A stretch of 63,725 nt of DNA, the filler included, from Stramenopiles sp. TOSAG23-3 (Eukaryota), in the NCBI GenBank assembly GCA_900128585.1. It is 28 parts of 28 records of this genome, joined end to end, with 100 filler letters (N's around TTAATTAATTAA, not from the genome) between each part and the next. Parts side by side here need not be neighbours in the genome. Positions count along the whole stretch, not along the records: positions 34,314 to 36,492 come from LT645016.1; positions 36,593 to 38,766 come from LT645017.1; positions 38,867 to 41,039 come from LT645018.1; positions 41,140 to 43,312 come from LT645019.1; positions 43,413 to 45,585 come from LT645020.1; positions 45,686 to 47,857 come from LT645021.1; 22 more parts are not named here. The stretch is one strand, 5' to 3'. The position numbers and the translations under genes are program-made. Within the stretch, counting starts at the first letter, position 1. Each line of letters starts with the position of its first letter. A model generated the notes under the pieces. It was not told where the DNA came from. It saw nothing but the letters and a program-made list of their open reading frames with translations, and did no database searches. Positions 35,667 to 46,423 of the stretch are shown one piece after another.

Positions 35667-36293
35667 TTACGTGTTGTAAGAGTCGGCGTTTGCTTGCGCC
35701 GCCTCTTCTTTTGCCGCCTGTTTTGCGGCTTTCTTTGCTTCATCGATGCGCGCCTTTGCACGCTCGTCCAAAAGGCGGTATAGTTTTACTTTGTTTCCGT
35801 CTAGGACTACAAGCTTGCTTTGGTCCAACATTTTCTGTAGCTGTACATCATAATCTTTTTCAATTTTGCTCACCATGTCTTTCCCTCTGGAATTCAGAAC
35901 ATTTTCCCTGAGTTGCGCTTTTGTCATGCCTTTTGGCCCACCGTGCTTTTCTAGGGTTTGTGCCACCAATTTTCGGTAAGGCACAAAGCCAGGTATACTC
36001 TTACGGCGACGTTTTGCTTTCTTCCGAGGAGGAGGTTTGCCTTCCGGAGTTTCGCTACCGTCCATATTGTTATTGGTGCTGGCAGTGGGCTTTTCTGGTC
36101 CACCGTTGTCTGTATTCCCCGCTTCTGGAGGTGGTTTATCCTCTGTTGATTTTTCTGCCACTGCATCACGTAAAGTTTTACTCGATTTGTACTGCGCTTT
36201 TAGCTCTTTATACTTCCGTTTCAGACCCTCATTCCCCGGCTCCGCTTCGTGCGCATGCTTCGCGGCCTTGTACGACGCCTTCAAAGCCTCCAT
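35667..36293 (-). CDS. Basic protein with a winged-helix (H15/LYAR-C-like) module
   Basis: YRKLVAQTL...GMTKAQLRENVL...LQKML...GNKVKL; Lys/Ala-rich tails. Confidence 0.55.
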   Translation of the reverse strand: MEALKASYKAAKHAHEAEPGNEGLKRKYKELKAQYKSSKTLRDAVAEKSTEDKPPPEAGNTDNGGPEKPTASTNNNMDGSETPEGKPPPRKKAKRRRKSIPGFVPYRKLVAQTLEKHGGPKGMTKAQLRENVLNSRGKDMVSKIEKDYDVQLQKMLDQSKLVVLDGNKVKLYRLLDERAKARIDEAKKAAKQAAKEEAAQANADSYNT

Positions 36294-36844
36294 GACACCT
36301 ATTTTTGATTTCTTGCCGTTGTCCTGAGCAAGAATCCAGACTTGTCTATTTCACGGGTACTGTTTCCTCCTTTTTCAATATACCTCACGCGTTTAGAAAA
36401 TCTATGTATATGTATCACACACACGTACACATAGTTTGTTTATTATATTTTATATTATACCAAGAAGTATAATATATAATATAAAAAAGACGNNNNNNNN
36501 NNNNNNNNNNNNNNNNNNNNNNNNNNNNNNNNNNNNTTAATTAATTAANNNNNNNNNNNNNNNNNNNNNNNNNNNNNNNNNNNNNNNNNNNNCTAAGCTG
36601 GTTGGCGGTGCCGCTGTGAGATTTCTCTCCTTTTCTTTCTTTCAAAGAAGGGGGTTAATCCGTGATTCTTGCGTGTGTGTGTATGCATAGCATAAGTATA
36701 TATAGCTACGGTAAGATTTTATGCGTCTTGTTTAATTGAGAGATACTTTCGTAAAAATTACGCTCAAGGTGACGCAATGATATATTAACTAAATACATGG
36801 GATGATGTGCCCATGTTCAAACCACACCGCCATCGCGAGCCCTT

Positions 36845-38392
36845 CTAATCGGTGCTCTCTCTCCCGGCCCTCTCTACGTCACTCAACTCTACGTCACCTC
36901 GTATCGAGTTCGACAAGCCTATGGAATCCGTCGCCGCGCCTTCGTCCTCGTCGCTGTCACCCAAGAAAAAATCAGACCCAGACTCGTCGCTGTCGCCATT
37001 CTGGGGGGCATCGGACCCAGTTGCCGTTTGGGCCATGTTCCCTGCTGCCTCACTCTCGTCGACGCCGAAGGCTGGGTTTAGGGTTTCAACACTCCCGTGC
37101 GCTCGTCGCCCGCTGCGGCGTAACGATTTTCGTCCATCTGTCCAGCATGACATGGTCAATCGTCCGTAACACCATGACAACAAATTGTTCACATCAGAAT
37201 CCGCTTTCCCCTCCAAAAGCCTCATCAGAGAGTAGAGTATCAGCATGAGCGGCACGTTCAACGCAACTTCCGAACAAAGATAAGCAGCCGCAGTAGCGGG
37301 AGACAAGAACCGTATCAAGCCTGCAACGCAAGTCAACGCGCCTGCTAACCCGAGGAGGAACAGGTAAAATTTCATCGAGTGAAGCACAAACATGTAGCGA
37401 GTGCCCGACTTATTTCGGGCCCGAACTTTCGCGGACTTAGTTCGTGCCATAGAAACCATGTACCTGTCCAGTTGGCCAGCGATTCGCTTGACTTCACGGA
37501 TCAACTTGAACCCATACAAGAGCGTGAAGGATGTAAACACAAAAACGGAAAACATATCAAACAGGAGATTCCCTAGGTTGGCTGACAAAATATACGCGTT
37601 GGTCAAGTGGTGAAACATGATGTTTACATAAATGTCGTGGAGTACCCTAAGAAACAGCAGAAAGAGGCACGTGCGGCGAAGGTAGCGCCGGCGTTGCACA
37701 ATCCCTGTCCTGCCAGACCCGCAGCATTCGGCCTTCTTTTTCCCCCGTTTCGTCTTTAGGACAATCTTGGAATATGCACCAAAAAGTTGTATGAACGACA
37801 CGAACCCGCAAGAATAAGAAAAATTTACCATGAACTTCCCCGTGCGCCTTCCCCAAACCCCCCTGGTGTAGTAAGGATCTACCAACAATTTCAGCAAATA
37901 TAGCGTAATACCGGTTATCAAGGCGGCAGCAGACGTGACGATAAGCCCCGTCTTTCGTTTAAACCAGCCTTTGGAGACCCCTGACAAATTGCGCAGGACC
38001 TGCGTCGAGAGCTTGTTTGCGGCTTCCTCTCTTCGCTTTAGCTTTCGCATTAAAATCAAAAATGAGCCTACTAACAGGTAGATCAGTACAGGACCTTCAA
38101 AGGCATAAACGACGATGTTTCCCCATGTGTGGGCAACATCATCCGTTTTGAACCAGTTTTCGCAGTTGGGGCCCGCGAACGGTGCCTCGCACCGGCACAC
38201 CGTTGCGTCCAAGCACATTGCATACCTATCCTGTTCCCACCCGAATATATCACCTATGTACGTTGGCGGGCAGTTCGTAGCATTACACCCCTCGTCGAAC
38301 GTGTACTTTTTGCTCATACCATTCGCTTGCCCGATCGCTGACAAAGCCACAAGAACAACCCATAGCTCCACCCGGCCCCGCAACAGTTCCAT
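36845..38392 (-). CDS. Signal peptide + EGF-like domain + seven-TM receptor-like protein
   Basis: CRCEAPFAGPNC followed by about seven hydrophobic segments and an acidic tail. Confidence 0.75.
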   Translation of the reverse strand: MELLRGRVELWVVLVALSAIGQANGMSKKYTFDEGCNATNCPPTYIGDIFGWEQDRYAMCLDATVCRCEAPFAGPNCENWFKTDDVAHTWGNIVVYAFEGPVLIYLLVGSFLILMRKLKRREEAANKLSTQVLRNLSGVSKGWFKRKTGLIVTSAAALITGITLYLLKLLVDPYYTRGVWGRRTGKFMVNFSYSCGFVSFIQLFGAYSKIVLKTKRGKKKAECCGSGRTGIVQRRRYLRRTCLFLLFLRVLHDIYVNIMFHHLTNAYILSANLGNLLFDMFSVFVFTSFTLLYGFKLIREVKRIAGQLDRYMVSMARTKSAKVRARNKSGTRYMFVLHSMKFYLFLLGLAGALTCVAGLIRFLSPATAAAYLCSEVALNVPLMLILYSLMRLLEGKADSDVNNLLSWCYGRLTMSCWTDGRKSLRRSGRRAHGSVETLNPAFGVDESEAAGNMAQTATGSDAPQNGDSDESGSDFFLGDSDEDEGAATDSIGLSNSIRGDVELSDVERAGRESTD

Positions 38393-38866
38393 TCCAACCT
38401 TCCTTCCAAGCAACTACTTTATACAATACGGCGTGTTACTTGGCCCTTCCCAAAATCATACACCGGGTACGAATAATTAGAGCAGTGCACAAACGGCACG
38501 CGTAATAACTTTACTTTTTGTTTCTTATTCTCCATTTGTTATGCTTTTTCTTAACTCAAAAATTACAAATCTCAAAACCTCTCTCTCTCTCTCTCCTCCC
38601 TTTATCAAAATATAATAAATTATTAATGTTCATTCAAAAGAAATATTTTATTATTATTATTACCGTATTAGAGTAGAAGTCATTTAAATCCGACAGTGTG
38701 GAGGAAAAAAAAAAAAAAAAAAAGAAAAACTCAAATGTCATTTTTCTTCCTTTTTTTGTTATTTTGNNNNNNNNNNNNNNNNNNNNNNNNNNNNNNNNNN
38801 NNNNNNNNNNTTAATTAATTAANNNNNNNNNNNNNNNNNNNNNNNNNNNNNNNNNNNNNNNNNNNN

Positions 38867-40950
38867 CATGGCCGGCGCAAGCCCATCTTCATCGCCTCGA
38901 TGCGGTTGTCTTTAATAATTCTCCGCTTTTCTTCCTCTCGTTTTTCATCCAAAATTGTCTTTTTCGCTTCCTCTCGCCATTTTTTTGCTGACAACTTCTT
39001 TCGTTTCTTCAAAAATGATTCTTTGTTTTCGACAAGCTCCAGTGCTGTTAAGTTCTCTAATTGAACCTTTTCCAATTTTGCAACAGCTTGCTCAGCTTGC
39101 CTCAACGACGTGAACCCGTGCTGGTCCACTGCGGATGGGTTCTCACCATAAATATGTTTTCGTTTTCTCATATTTTCTAAGTCAACGTTGGCTTTGTTGG
39201 ACTTATTTTGGGCCAATTTCAAATCATCTTTAGTGTCAATAAGTTGGTCTTTTGTTTCTTCTTTTAGTTGTTTCATTTTCGTCCGAATCGTCTTAAGGCC
39301 AACTTTTCCTTTCAAAGTGTCCTCAGTCTTCTTTTCGATCAACATACCAAACACTTTGATATCGTACTCTTCTCTCTTTTTTCGCTTCGCTTCCTCGTCT
39401 GTGACTACAACCTTTTGAATGACGGCCGCTTCTTGAACTAAATGTTTGGCCTTCTCGTCTTCTACACTTTCATGGGGGTTTAAACAACGGCATTCTGTTT
39501 GCATGGGTTCCACAGCGCTGCATTGGCCATACGGTCCCACAAAGCCCTGCAACGCCTCCAGTATTAACGGTATTTCAATGTCCAAATGGTTTTTCTCATT
39601 AATTTTCCCCCCCATGAACCCTTCGTGAATATCATCGCGAACCAAAATATAGCCATCAATATCGTTCCCGCTCAATTGTGGCATTCTTCCAGTTACGAGC
39701 GATAAAAGGCTCCGTTTCCCATGAGCACCGTCCAGCAGTACTCTAGCTGTAAACTGAAAGCACTTCGTATCCGCGCCCTCCTCCCCCCATGGCCGTGTGA
39801 CCAACTCACTCAACACCTCATCGCCTTCGTACCACTTATTTTTTGTCAGAGAATTGGTTAGCCTCTTCAAGCAACGCAGCATGATGTTGATCAAGCAATG
39901 ATAAGTTTCTCGCCCTCGCTTGTACCTAAGATCCCCTAAATTTTGTAAGATCTCCTCACCACTCCATTTGCACAAATAGATGTCAGCATTTAAATAAGTA
40001 TCAATGCGGTTCTCAAACTCATCAATATCTTCAAGCAACAAATGTTGAGTACCACCCTGAAACAGCCCCACCGTCTTTGGGTATAAACTATTTGTTTCAA
40101 TAGTAAACTGAAGTTTCTCCATCCCCGCCAGCAGCACCTGCTCGCGGCGAAGCCTTTCCACCAAATACCGCTCAATGCTCTGAACCCCTTCCTCTGCAAT
40201 ATGAATAGGTGGGGATCGAAGTGGGTTGCCATCAAATCGACACTCCGTCAACGCCTTCAATTTGGCAAACCGCAGCGGGAGATCAATAACGTTGTTGTTC
40301 TGAAGCCACAGTTTCTTCAGCACAGTAGTCAACGGACCTCCCACAAATTGCTCTGAAAACTCTGAAATGGAATTCGAAGCGACCTGTAACTCTGCCAATG
40401 AAGCCAACTGTCCGATCACAGCTGGTATTTCCTCAAAGCGGTTATGGTTGATGTTGAAGCTCTCTAAATATTTTAGGCTGTGAAACGTGTCGGGCAACGT
40501 GCTAAGTTCATTGCGCTCAAAGTTTAAAACTTTTATTTTTCGTAAATCGGCGATGCTATCGGGTAGAGAGGTGAGTTTGTTTATTTGGACTTTTAGGGCA
40601 CGCAGGTTCCTTAACTTTCCTATCTGCACCAGTATATGATCGTTGTGACGCTGAGCTATGACGTTCTTTTCCGTTTGCACGTATGTATTTGATAGTAACA
40701 TTTGCACCATACTGGACACTACCAGTTCTGATTCCTCCCGTTGCCGATGATCCTTTTCTTCCAGAAGCATGTGTTCCAGCCCACTGATCTTCCCTTCCAA
40801 CTGACCGACGATAGTTTTATGGCGCAAGACTAACCGAGACTTGATTTTTTCTGCGTTTGCGATCAGAATTTTGGACAGATCTTTTTGTGCATTGTGAACC
40901 GCTCGGTTAACGGCGTTGGCCTCGCGTTGTGCGCTAGAGGATATGACATT
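38867..40950 (-). CDS. Leucine-rich-repeat + coiled-coil protein (partial at both ends)
   Basis: NKLTSLPDSIADL, NELSTLP, NRFEEIP, GNPLRSPP. The frame stays open upstream of the ORF call, up to the inversion junction. Confidence 0.85.
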
Positions 40951-41039
40951 TTTTGGATGAAAAAACGAGAGGAAGAAAAGCGGAGAATTATTAAAGACAA
41001 CCGCATCGAGGCGATGAAGATGGGCTTGCGCCGGCCATG
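40945..41039 (+). repeat. Inverted copy of the contig's other end (38867-38960)
   Basis: About 79 nt exact reverse complement, plus a degenerate junction. Confidence 0.95.
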
Positions 41040-41139
41040 NNNNNNNNNNNNNNNNNNNNNNNNNNNNNNNNNNNNNNNNNNNNTTAATTAATTAANNNNN
41101 NNNNNNNNNNNNNNNNNNNNNNNNNNNNNNNNNNNNNNN

Positions 41140-41280
41140 CTTTCAAGTTGTGTGGTGTGCAATGTGCGTCTGTCTCTCCGGTGTTCAAAACTTGATGGTT
41201 TTTTTATAAAATGCCAAAGGACGAAAACTCGCCATGATAACATAAAGTATCGATTAGTAAAACCAAAAGAGCAAAGATAA
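41140..41280 (+). CDS. 3' end of a hypothetical protein
   Basis: Open frame LSSCVVCNVR...KPKEQR* from the contig start. Confidence 0.35.
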   Translation, partial: LSSCVVCNVRLSLRCSKLDGFFIKCQRTKTRHDNIKYRLVKPKEQR

Positions 41281-41832
41281 GTTCGCAGTACATGAAGGAA
41301 TGTAAACCTTGAATGTCTAAATTTAGAGTTCAGTTCGCAGTACATTAACTTTAATAAAAATAAAACATACTATAAAACATACTATATATTTTGTTTTTTG
41401 ATATGTTTTAAGACTCTCAAGATTATCCCAATTGTAGAACTGATCTAATTTTGCAACTGCTAAAATTCATATGATATCATATCATATCACTTAAAGTCGT
41501 TCAGTACCTCCAATTTAAATTACTTAAAAATAACAGCCAATTTTCTTGTTTTAAGTATCGCAAGCATACTAGGAGAATTAACTGTTCTAAAAATCTGAAG
41601 AAAATAAGATTTTAAGATACTCTTTAAATACGGAGATCTTGATTACCTCAAACTCGTACGGTATCATATGATGTCCCACATCCAGCAACAACTTTGCATT
41701 TTCTAAGAAAATAAAACATTTTTGTACAAAAGTAAAATACAAGCTAAATGGACAAAAGGAGCATATTCATTTTCGCGGTACACGAGAAAGCTAAATTTTA
41801 ATTACTTCAATAACAGCCAATTTTTTGTTTTT
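41281..41832 (+). mobile_element. Same-orientation chain of element fragments (41281-41355, 41405-41418, 41502-41552, 41757-41832)
   Basis: Repeated GTTCGCAGTACAT and AATAACAGCCAATTTT(C/T)TTGTTTT segments, plus a family D start GTTTTAAGACTCTCA. Confidence 0.85.
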
Positions 41833-41864
41833 AAAGAATTCTTTAGAGAGAGGCCGCTTTGCTT

Positions 41865-42914
41865 TTACATTTTGATGCCTTTTCTTTGAATCAGCTCGAC
41901 CCAGTATCCGTCCGGGTCGTACACGAAAGCAAGGGTCTTCATGTTGCCGTCCTGGGGTTTCTTTTTGAACGCGCAGCCTTCCTTTTCAAGAAACTCGCAC
42001 GCTTTGTCCAAATCGTCGCACAAGAATCCAACGTGCCCAAAGCCACGGACTTGTCCTTTGTCTTCGTCGTTGCCATTGTGGTAGGAAAACGTCTCGTCGT
42101 TCTCCGTCCCATGATTGTGGGTAAGCTCAAGCACCGGCTCGTAAGAATTTGTGGCGGAGCTGCCGTCCGGCGCGTGGGACAGAAAGTACAGCGAGAAATC
42201 GCTGTGGTGGCTGGTTCGCAGGAGGTTCATGCCAAGCAAATTCTGGTAGAATTTCAAGGATTTCTCCGGATCTTTTACTCGGAGCATAGTCTGGGCAAAG
42301 GAATACTTCGTCTTTACAGGGCTCTCTCCGCCCCGTTTTACTATTTCAATCCAGTAGCCATCGGGACAGAGCGCAAAGGCCAACCCTTTCATCCGCCCTT
42401 CGTCCGGTCGCTTCTTGAACTTTACCCCGTTATCTTCAAGCTCTTTGGACACTTTGTAGACATCTTCGGTCATTACCGCTATGTGCCCAAATCCCCGGTT
42501 CGGCTCCACATTGCCATTGTTCACTTTGAACGTATCGTCATTTTCCGACCCGTGGTTGTGTGTAAGCTCCAGCGTAACGATACCTTTGGGAAGGTCCCAT
42601 AAAAAGTCCTCAGACTCGGACGTTCCGGCGGGTGGAGCTTTCAGACCGTCTGGAAGGATCGCCAGGAAATACAAAGAGAAATTCCATTGTGGGAAATCGT
42701 AAGAATGTATCAGATCAAATCCAAAGTGCTCTTGGTAAAACGGCACGGTAACTTTTGGGTCTTTGATCCGAAGCATGGTCTGTTGCCAACTAAAGTTGTG
42801 CTTCCTGCCGGCGTCCGCGGTAGACGCTACGCTTGTCATTGTCCTGAAGAAGAGATGTGTTCGTTGTGTCAATGGGTTCTTTAAGCTTGTCCTTAAACAA
42901 AATACCAAACTCAT
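41865..42914 (-). CDS. GLO1: Glyoxalase I (lactoylglutathione lyase), two-domain monomeric type; alternative ATG at 42839
   Basis: Duplicated QTMLR(I/V)KDP, LELTHNHG, GFGH and PDGYW(I/V)E motifs. Confidence 0.97.
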   Translation of the reverse strand: MSLVFCLRTSLKNPLTQRTHLFFRTMTSVASTADAGRKHNFSWQQTMLRIKDPKVTVPFYQEHFGFDLIHSYDFPQWNFSLYFLAILPDGLKAPPAGTSESEDFLWDLPKGIVTLELTHNHGSENDDTFKVNNGNVEPNRGFGHIAVMTEDVYKVSKELEDNGVKFKKRPDEGRMKGLAFALCPDGYWIEIVKRGGESPVKTKYSFAQTMLRVKDPEKSLKFYQNLLGMNLLRTSHHSDFSLYFLSHAPDGSSATNSYEPVLELTHNHGTENDETFSYHNGNDEDKGQVRGFGHVGFLCDDLDKACEFLEKEGCAFKKKPQDGNMKTLAFVYDPDGYWVELIQRKGIKM

Positions 42915-43412
42915 TTCTTTTGAATAAAGAAAACAGGGCAATTATTTTATTTGAATCCTTTTTATAGTTCACGTTCATCTATATCTATTGTAAGGCGGCG
43001 CCTAATAATTTATAGTAATCTGGGTGCCCACACGTGTCGTCGGAGAGAAGAGGAGTAGGGGGTAGGGGGTAGGGGGCGGCAGCAGCACGGAGCACGGACG
43101 ACCTTCAATGTTTTTCGACTCGCCGCCGCGCTGCCAGCGGAAGGACTGACTATACGATTCAGGTCGGTGATATTTTTTTACTATACTATTTTATATAGGT
43201 TAAGGGGGAGGTACGGTCTGGAGGGTGTTTTCGTCTTTTTTACAAAAAAACGATCATTTTTACTCAATTTTTATGTGTTTTACGTAATTATGTTGTTGTA
43301 GTAACAACCGAANNNNNNNNNNNNNNNNNNNNNNNNNNNNNNNNNNNNNNNNNNNNTTAATTAATTAANNNNNNNNNNNNNNNNNNNNNNNNNNNNNNNN
43401 NNNNNNNNNNNN

Positions 43413-43492
43413 TTGGCTGTTATTTAAGTAATTAAAATTAATGTACTGCGAACTGAAATCTAGATTTAGACATTCTAGGTTTGCATTCCTTA
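43413..43492 (-). mobile_element. Family A copy
   Basis: Identical to 2296-2372 on the opposite strand. Confidence 0.85.
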
Positions 43493-43517
43493 TGCTATTA
43501 TTTAGCTTAAAGTTTTT

Positions 43518-45206
43518 CTATGACGACGACTGCACCATGCACTGGTCGAACCATCGCCTCCCATTGTACACAGATCCAAAAAATTCGCTTATGTATTTCA
43601 TGTGCCTTCTTGGCGGGGACCCGTCTTGGACGAACATTTGCACCACAGCAAAACATTGTCTAATGCTGCGCTTGTTAATCTTTGAATGCAATAACTCGTC
43701 TCTTCTTTGTAGCAGATTTTCGTTTACAATCTGTTCCTCTACGCTGCCTTTGGTACCATTGTTGCTGCAACGGGGGGCAAAAAGCACAGCCAGCACACAA
43801 GTAATAAGTGGCAACGCAAACGTTTCCGACTGCTCATAAACAATTACAAATTGGTTCTTCTTTTCAATGTTACTATTGTCCGTATACACGTCCACAACAA
43901 ACTGGACCAACGATGGCAAAAGCATCTCCATCCAAAACTTTTTCTCAACCGGACCTTTCTTTCTATCACAAGGTACTGGGCACCGAACAACATGGCTGGC
44001 TTCCCGCTTGGACACGGTGCTGTTATTGTTGAACCCTCCTACAAAATTGCACCCCCCCACGGAAATATCAAATATAAATAAATTACTCAAATCGTCCTTC
44101 CCACTGATCGGCTGCACGTTCATGCCAACGGCATTCTTTTCTAAAGGCAGCAGCCCTACAATGTTTTCTTTCGAATTGCATTTCAGGCTTTCAAGTTTCA
44201 TCCATATAATACCAGATCTATAAATTTGTTTTTCAGCGAGAGTGCTTCCACCAATGCTTGTTGCAGATTTTCGCTTGCTGCTCTTCTCCTCTTGGCATTT
44301 AATATCCTTTATCCGCGACTCACAAAAATCGCTCTGTTCGATCGCCAATAGTTCTTTATGATATTTCCAAAACACCTCAGGCACCAGCCCGTTTGCCCAA
44401 TTCTCTTCATCGTCCCCCGCTCCTTGAATATAAGGCCAGCTGCGCCGCATCCGGAACTCCTCACTTGAAACAACCCTTGACGCAGAGATGCACACGATAG
44501 GGGTGAATGGCAACGACAGAAAATCGATAGGGCACAACGTGGACTCGGGCGACACCCACATGGCCCGAAGAGGCTTTTTCATGGCTGTAGCTAGCGACCG
44601 CACCACGCCCATGTGATCGTCACACAGTTCCTGCACCCACTCCCCAAGCTTTTCCATAATCATTTTGTGCTCTTCCTTCGATACCCACGCGGGCGCGTTG
44701 AGTTTTGTATCCCACTGAGTGTTGGAAGATCCAGGAACTTTCTCCTTTTGAAAAACTTGAGCCACAGCACGATTTATAACGGTGCACCAAATCGGTACTG
44801 TGACAGAAAAAGAGTCTGGGAACACCTTTCCTTTTCTAGTGCTGTCGACGAGTATGGCCCCATTGTTTTGCGCAGCCGAAAGTGCAAAATGCAGGTTCAA
44901 GCGCTTGAAACTAAAATTCCATATGTGCGAGTGCCCGTCTGTAGACTTAAAGTACGCCGTGCCGTAAAACTTGGGCAAGTACCACAGGCCGTTTCTTAAA
45001 TTTGCATACACTTCCGGCAAGCATGTTCCTTTCTCCAACCGCGACGTGAGCATCTTGATCGCCTGCTGCACAAACATTGAGTCATAGTGAATGGACTTTA
45101 GGCGATAGCACAGGCTGCTTTCCCGCCGCTTCACCAAACTTCGAAGGGACGACCCAATCGTTGTGCTGGCAGTAGCATATTCGGGCAGCGCCAGTAAATT
45201 TGCCAT
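43518..45206 (-). CDS. RIT1: Initiator tRNA A64 2'-O-ribosylphosphate transferase
   Basis: YFKSTDGH, RLNLH, VDSTRKGKVFPDSFS, YIQGAGDDEENWA. Confidence 0.92.
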   Translation of the reverse strand: MANLLALPEYATASTTIGSSLRSLVKRRESSLCYRLKSIHYDSMFVQQAIKMLTSRLEKGTCLPEVYANLRNGLWYLPKFYGTAYFKSTDGHSHIWNFSFKRLNLHFALSAAQNNGAILVDSTRKGKVFPDSFSVTVPIWCTVINRAVAQVFQKEKVPGSSNTQWDTKLNAPAWVSKEEHKMIMEKLGEWVQELCDDHMGVVRSLATAMKKPLRAMWVSPESTLCPIDFLSLPFTPIVCISASRVVSSEEFRMRRSWPYIQGAGDDEENWANGLVPEVFWKYHKELLAIEQSDFCESRIKDIKCQEEKSSKRKSATSIGGSTLAEKQIYRSGIIWMKLESLKCNSKENIVGLLPLEKNAVGMNVQPISGKDDLSNLFIFDISVGGCNFVGGFNNNSTVSKREASHVVRCPVPCDRKKGPVEKKFWMEMLLPSLVQFVVDVYTDNSNIEKKNQFVIVYEQSETFALPLITCVLAVLFAPRCSNNGTKGSVEEQIVNENLLQRRDELLHSKINKRSIRQCFAVVQMFVQDGSPPRRHMKYISEFFGSVYNGRRWFDQCMVQSSS

Positions 45207-45685
45207 TTTACCAGTGCCTTTCACCTTTCATTGCGGGAAAAGCAGGAACAGGGTGCTGGGCAAGAGAAGAAGCGATAATCTTTCTGTGCAGGGAGTTAAT
45301 ATTTTTATTTAGATTCGCCTGGAAGTAAAAAACAAGAAAACTCATATATAATACTACTGTAGTCAAAATAATTATCATAATAATTATTATTATTATTATC
45401 TCGACAATGATGTGTAGTCTCTACGACGACGACGACGAGAGAAGGGGGGAGGAGAAGTATGTATGAGTTTTCAAACTTAAAACTTATCATAAATGTTGTA
45501 ATTCATACGCGCGGGGAAATTTCCAGAATCCTTTAAATTGAAATAATACCATTTTAACAGTAATACAGCATTAATGGTATTACAANNNNNNNNNNNNNNN
45601 NNNNNNNNNNNNNNNNNNNNNNNNNNNNNTTAATTAATTAANNNNNNNNNNNNNNNNNNNNNNNNNNNNNNNNNNNNNNNNNNNN

Positions 45686-46069
45686 AGGGAAGACGTCTCG
45701 GCGCCCACCCACCGCATGCGGTCCAGGGACGAGGAGTTGGAGACGGCGCGCTTCCTGGGCGCCAAGGAGCAGGCGAAGGAAGACATGCGCATACGGCGAG
45801 AAAGGCGAAGGCAGAAGGCCCTGGCCAACCGGGGGCACAGCGAGGACACCGAGTCCGCGGGGGCCTCCACCATCGCGGCCAACGAGCGGCACGAGCGCGC
45901 GGTCGAGGCGCGCAGGGAAAAAGAGGCGAGGTACCAGGCGCTCGCGGACAAGGACGGGGCCATCAGCCCGGACGTAACGAGAGAAGCGGACGCCCACACG
46001 AAGCTTTCGAACATGTACATGGACGCCATGCAGGCAAAGATGGACGAGCTGAACTCCATGGAGAGCTGA
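45686..46069 (+). CDS. C-terminus of a coiled-coil hypothetical protein (5'-partial)
   Basis: Strongly GC3-biased frame ending AKMDELNSMES*. Confidence 0.7.
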   Translation, partial: REDVSAPTHRMRSRDEELETARFLGAKEQAKEDMRIRRERRRQKALANRGHSEDTESAGASTIAANERHERAVEARREKEARYQALADKDGAISPDVTREADAHTKLSNMYMDAMQAKMDELNSMES

Positions 46070-46171
46070 GAAAGAGTATGATAGCACACCGTAACTTGGT
46101 GTTGTTATGAATCGCAGAGAGATGCAATTGAGATCCTCTCACAAAAATTATCGTATAGAAGAAAGAAGAAG

Positions 46172-46195
46172 AAAAAAACCTAATTCAGTTTATCT
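46172..46195 (-). repeat. Family E motif AGATAAACTGAATTAG(G)TTTTTTT
   Basis: Also at 54859-54883 (+) and, as the 14-nt core only, at 50302-50315 (+). Confidence 0.6.
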
Positions 46196-46423
46196 GAAAA
46201 TTATAAAGTAAATGTTTCAATTTGAAAAACAAATCCATTCAGGTTAATTTTTCTTTTTGTTCCTTCTCTCTTTCTAAATGGACTATGATTAGCCATTAAC
46301 CTGATAATTAAGCATGCCAGCATTTCAAAAAACGAAAAAGCACAAAACAATCCAAGTATTCACGTCAAACAAACGCGTTTGAGATAAAAAATGACTCTTC
46401 TCCGTAACTCAAGCGAACCTCTC

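Noticed and set aside
38867-41039. ~95-bp terminal inverted repeats suggesting a transposon or linear replicon
   Set aside because: The repeat is ordinary coding sequence from within the LRR gene, and the exact part is about one k-mer long. This fits an amplification inversion chimera or an assembly-graph artefact.
41281-41832. CRISPR-like repeat-spacer array
   Set aside because: Repeat lengths and spacing are irregular, the context is eukaryotic, and there are no cas genes.
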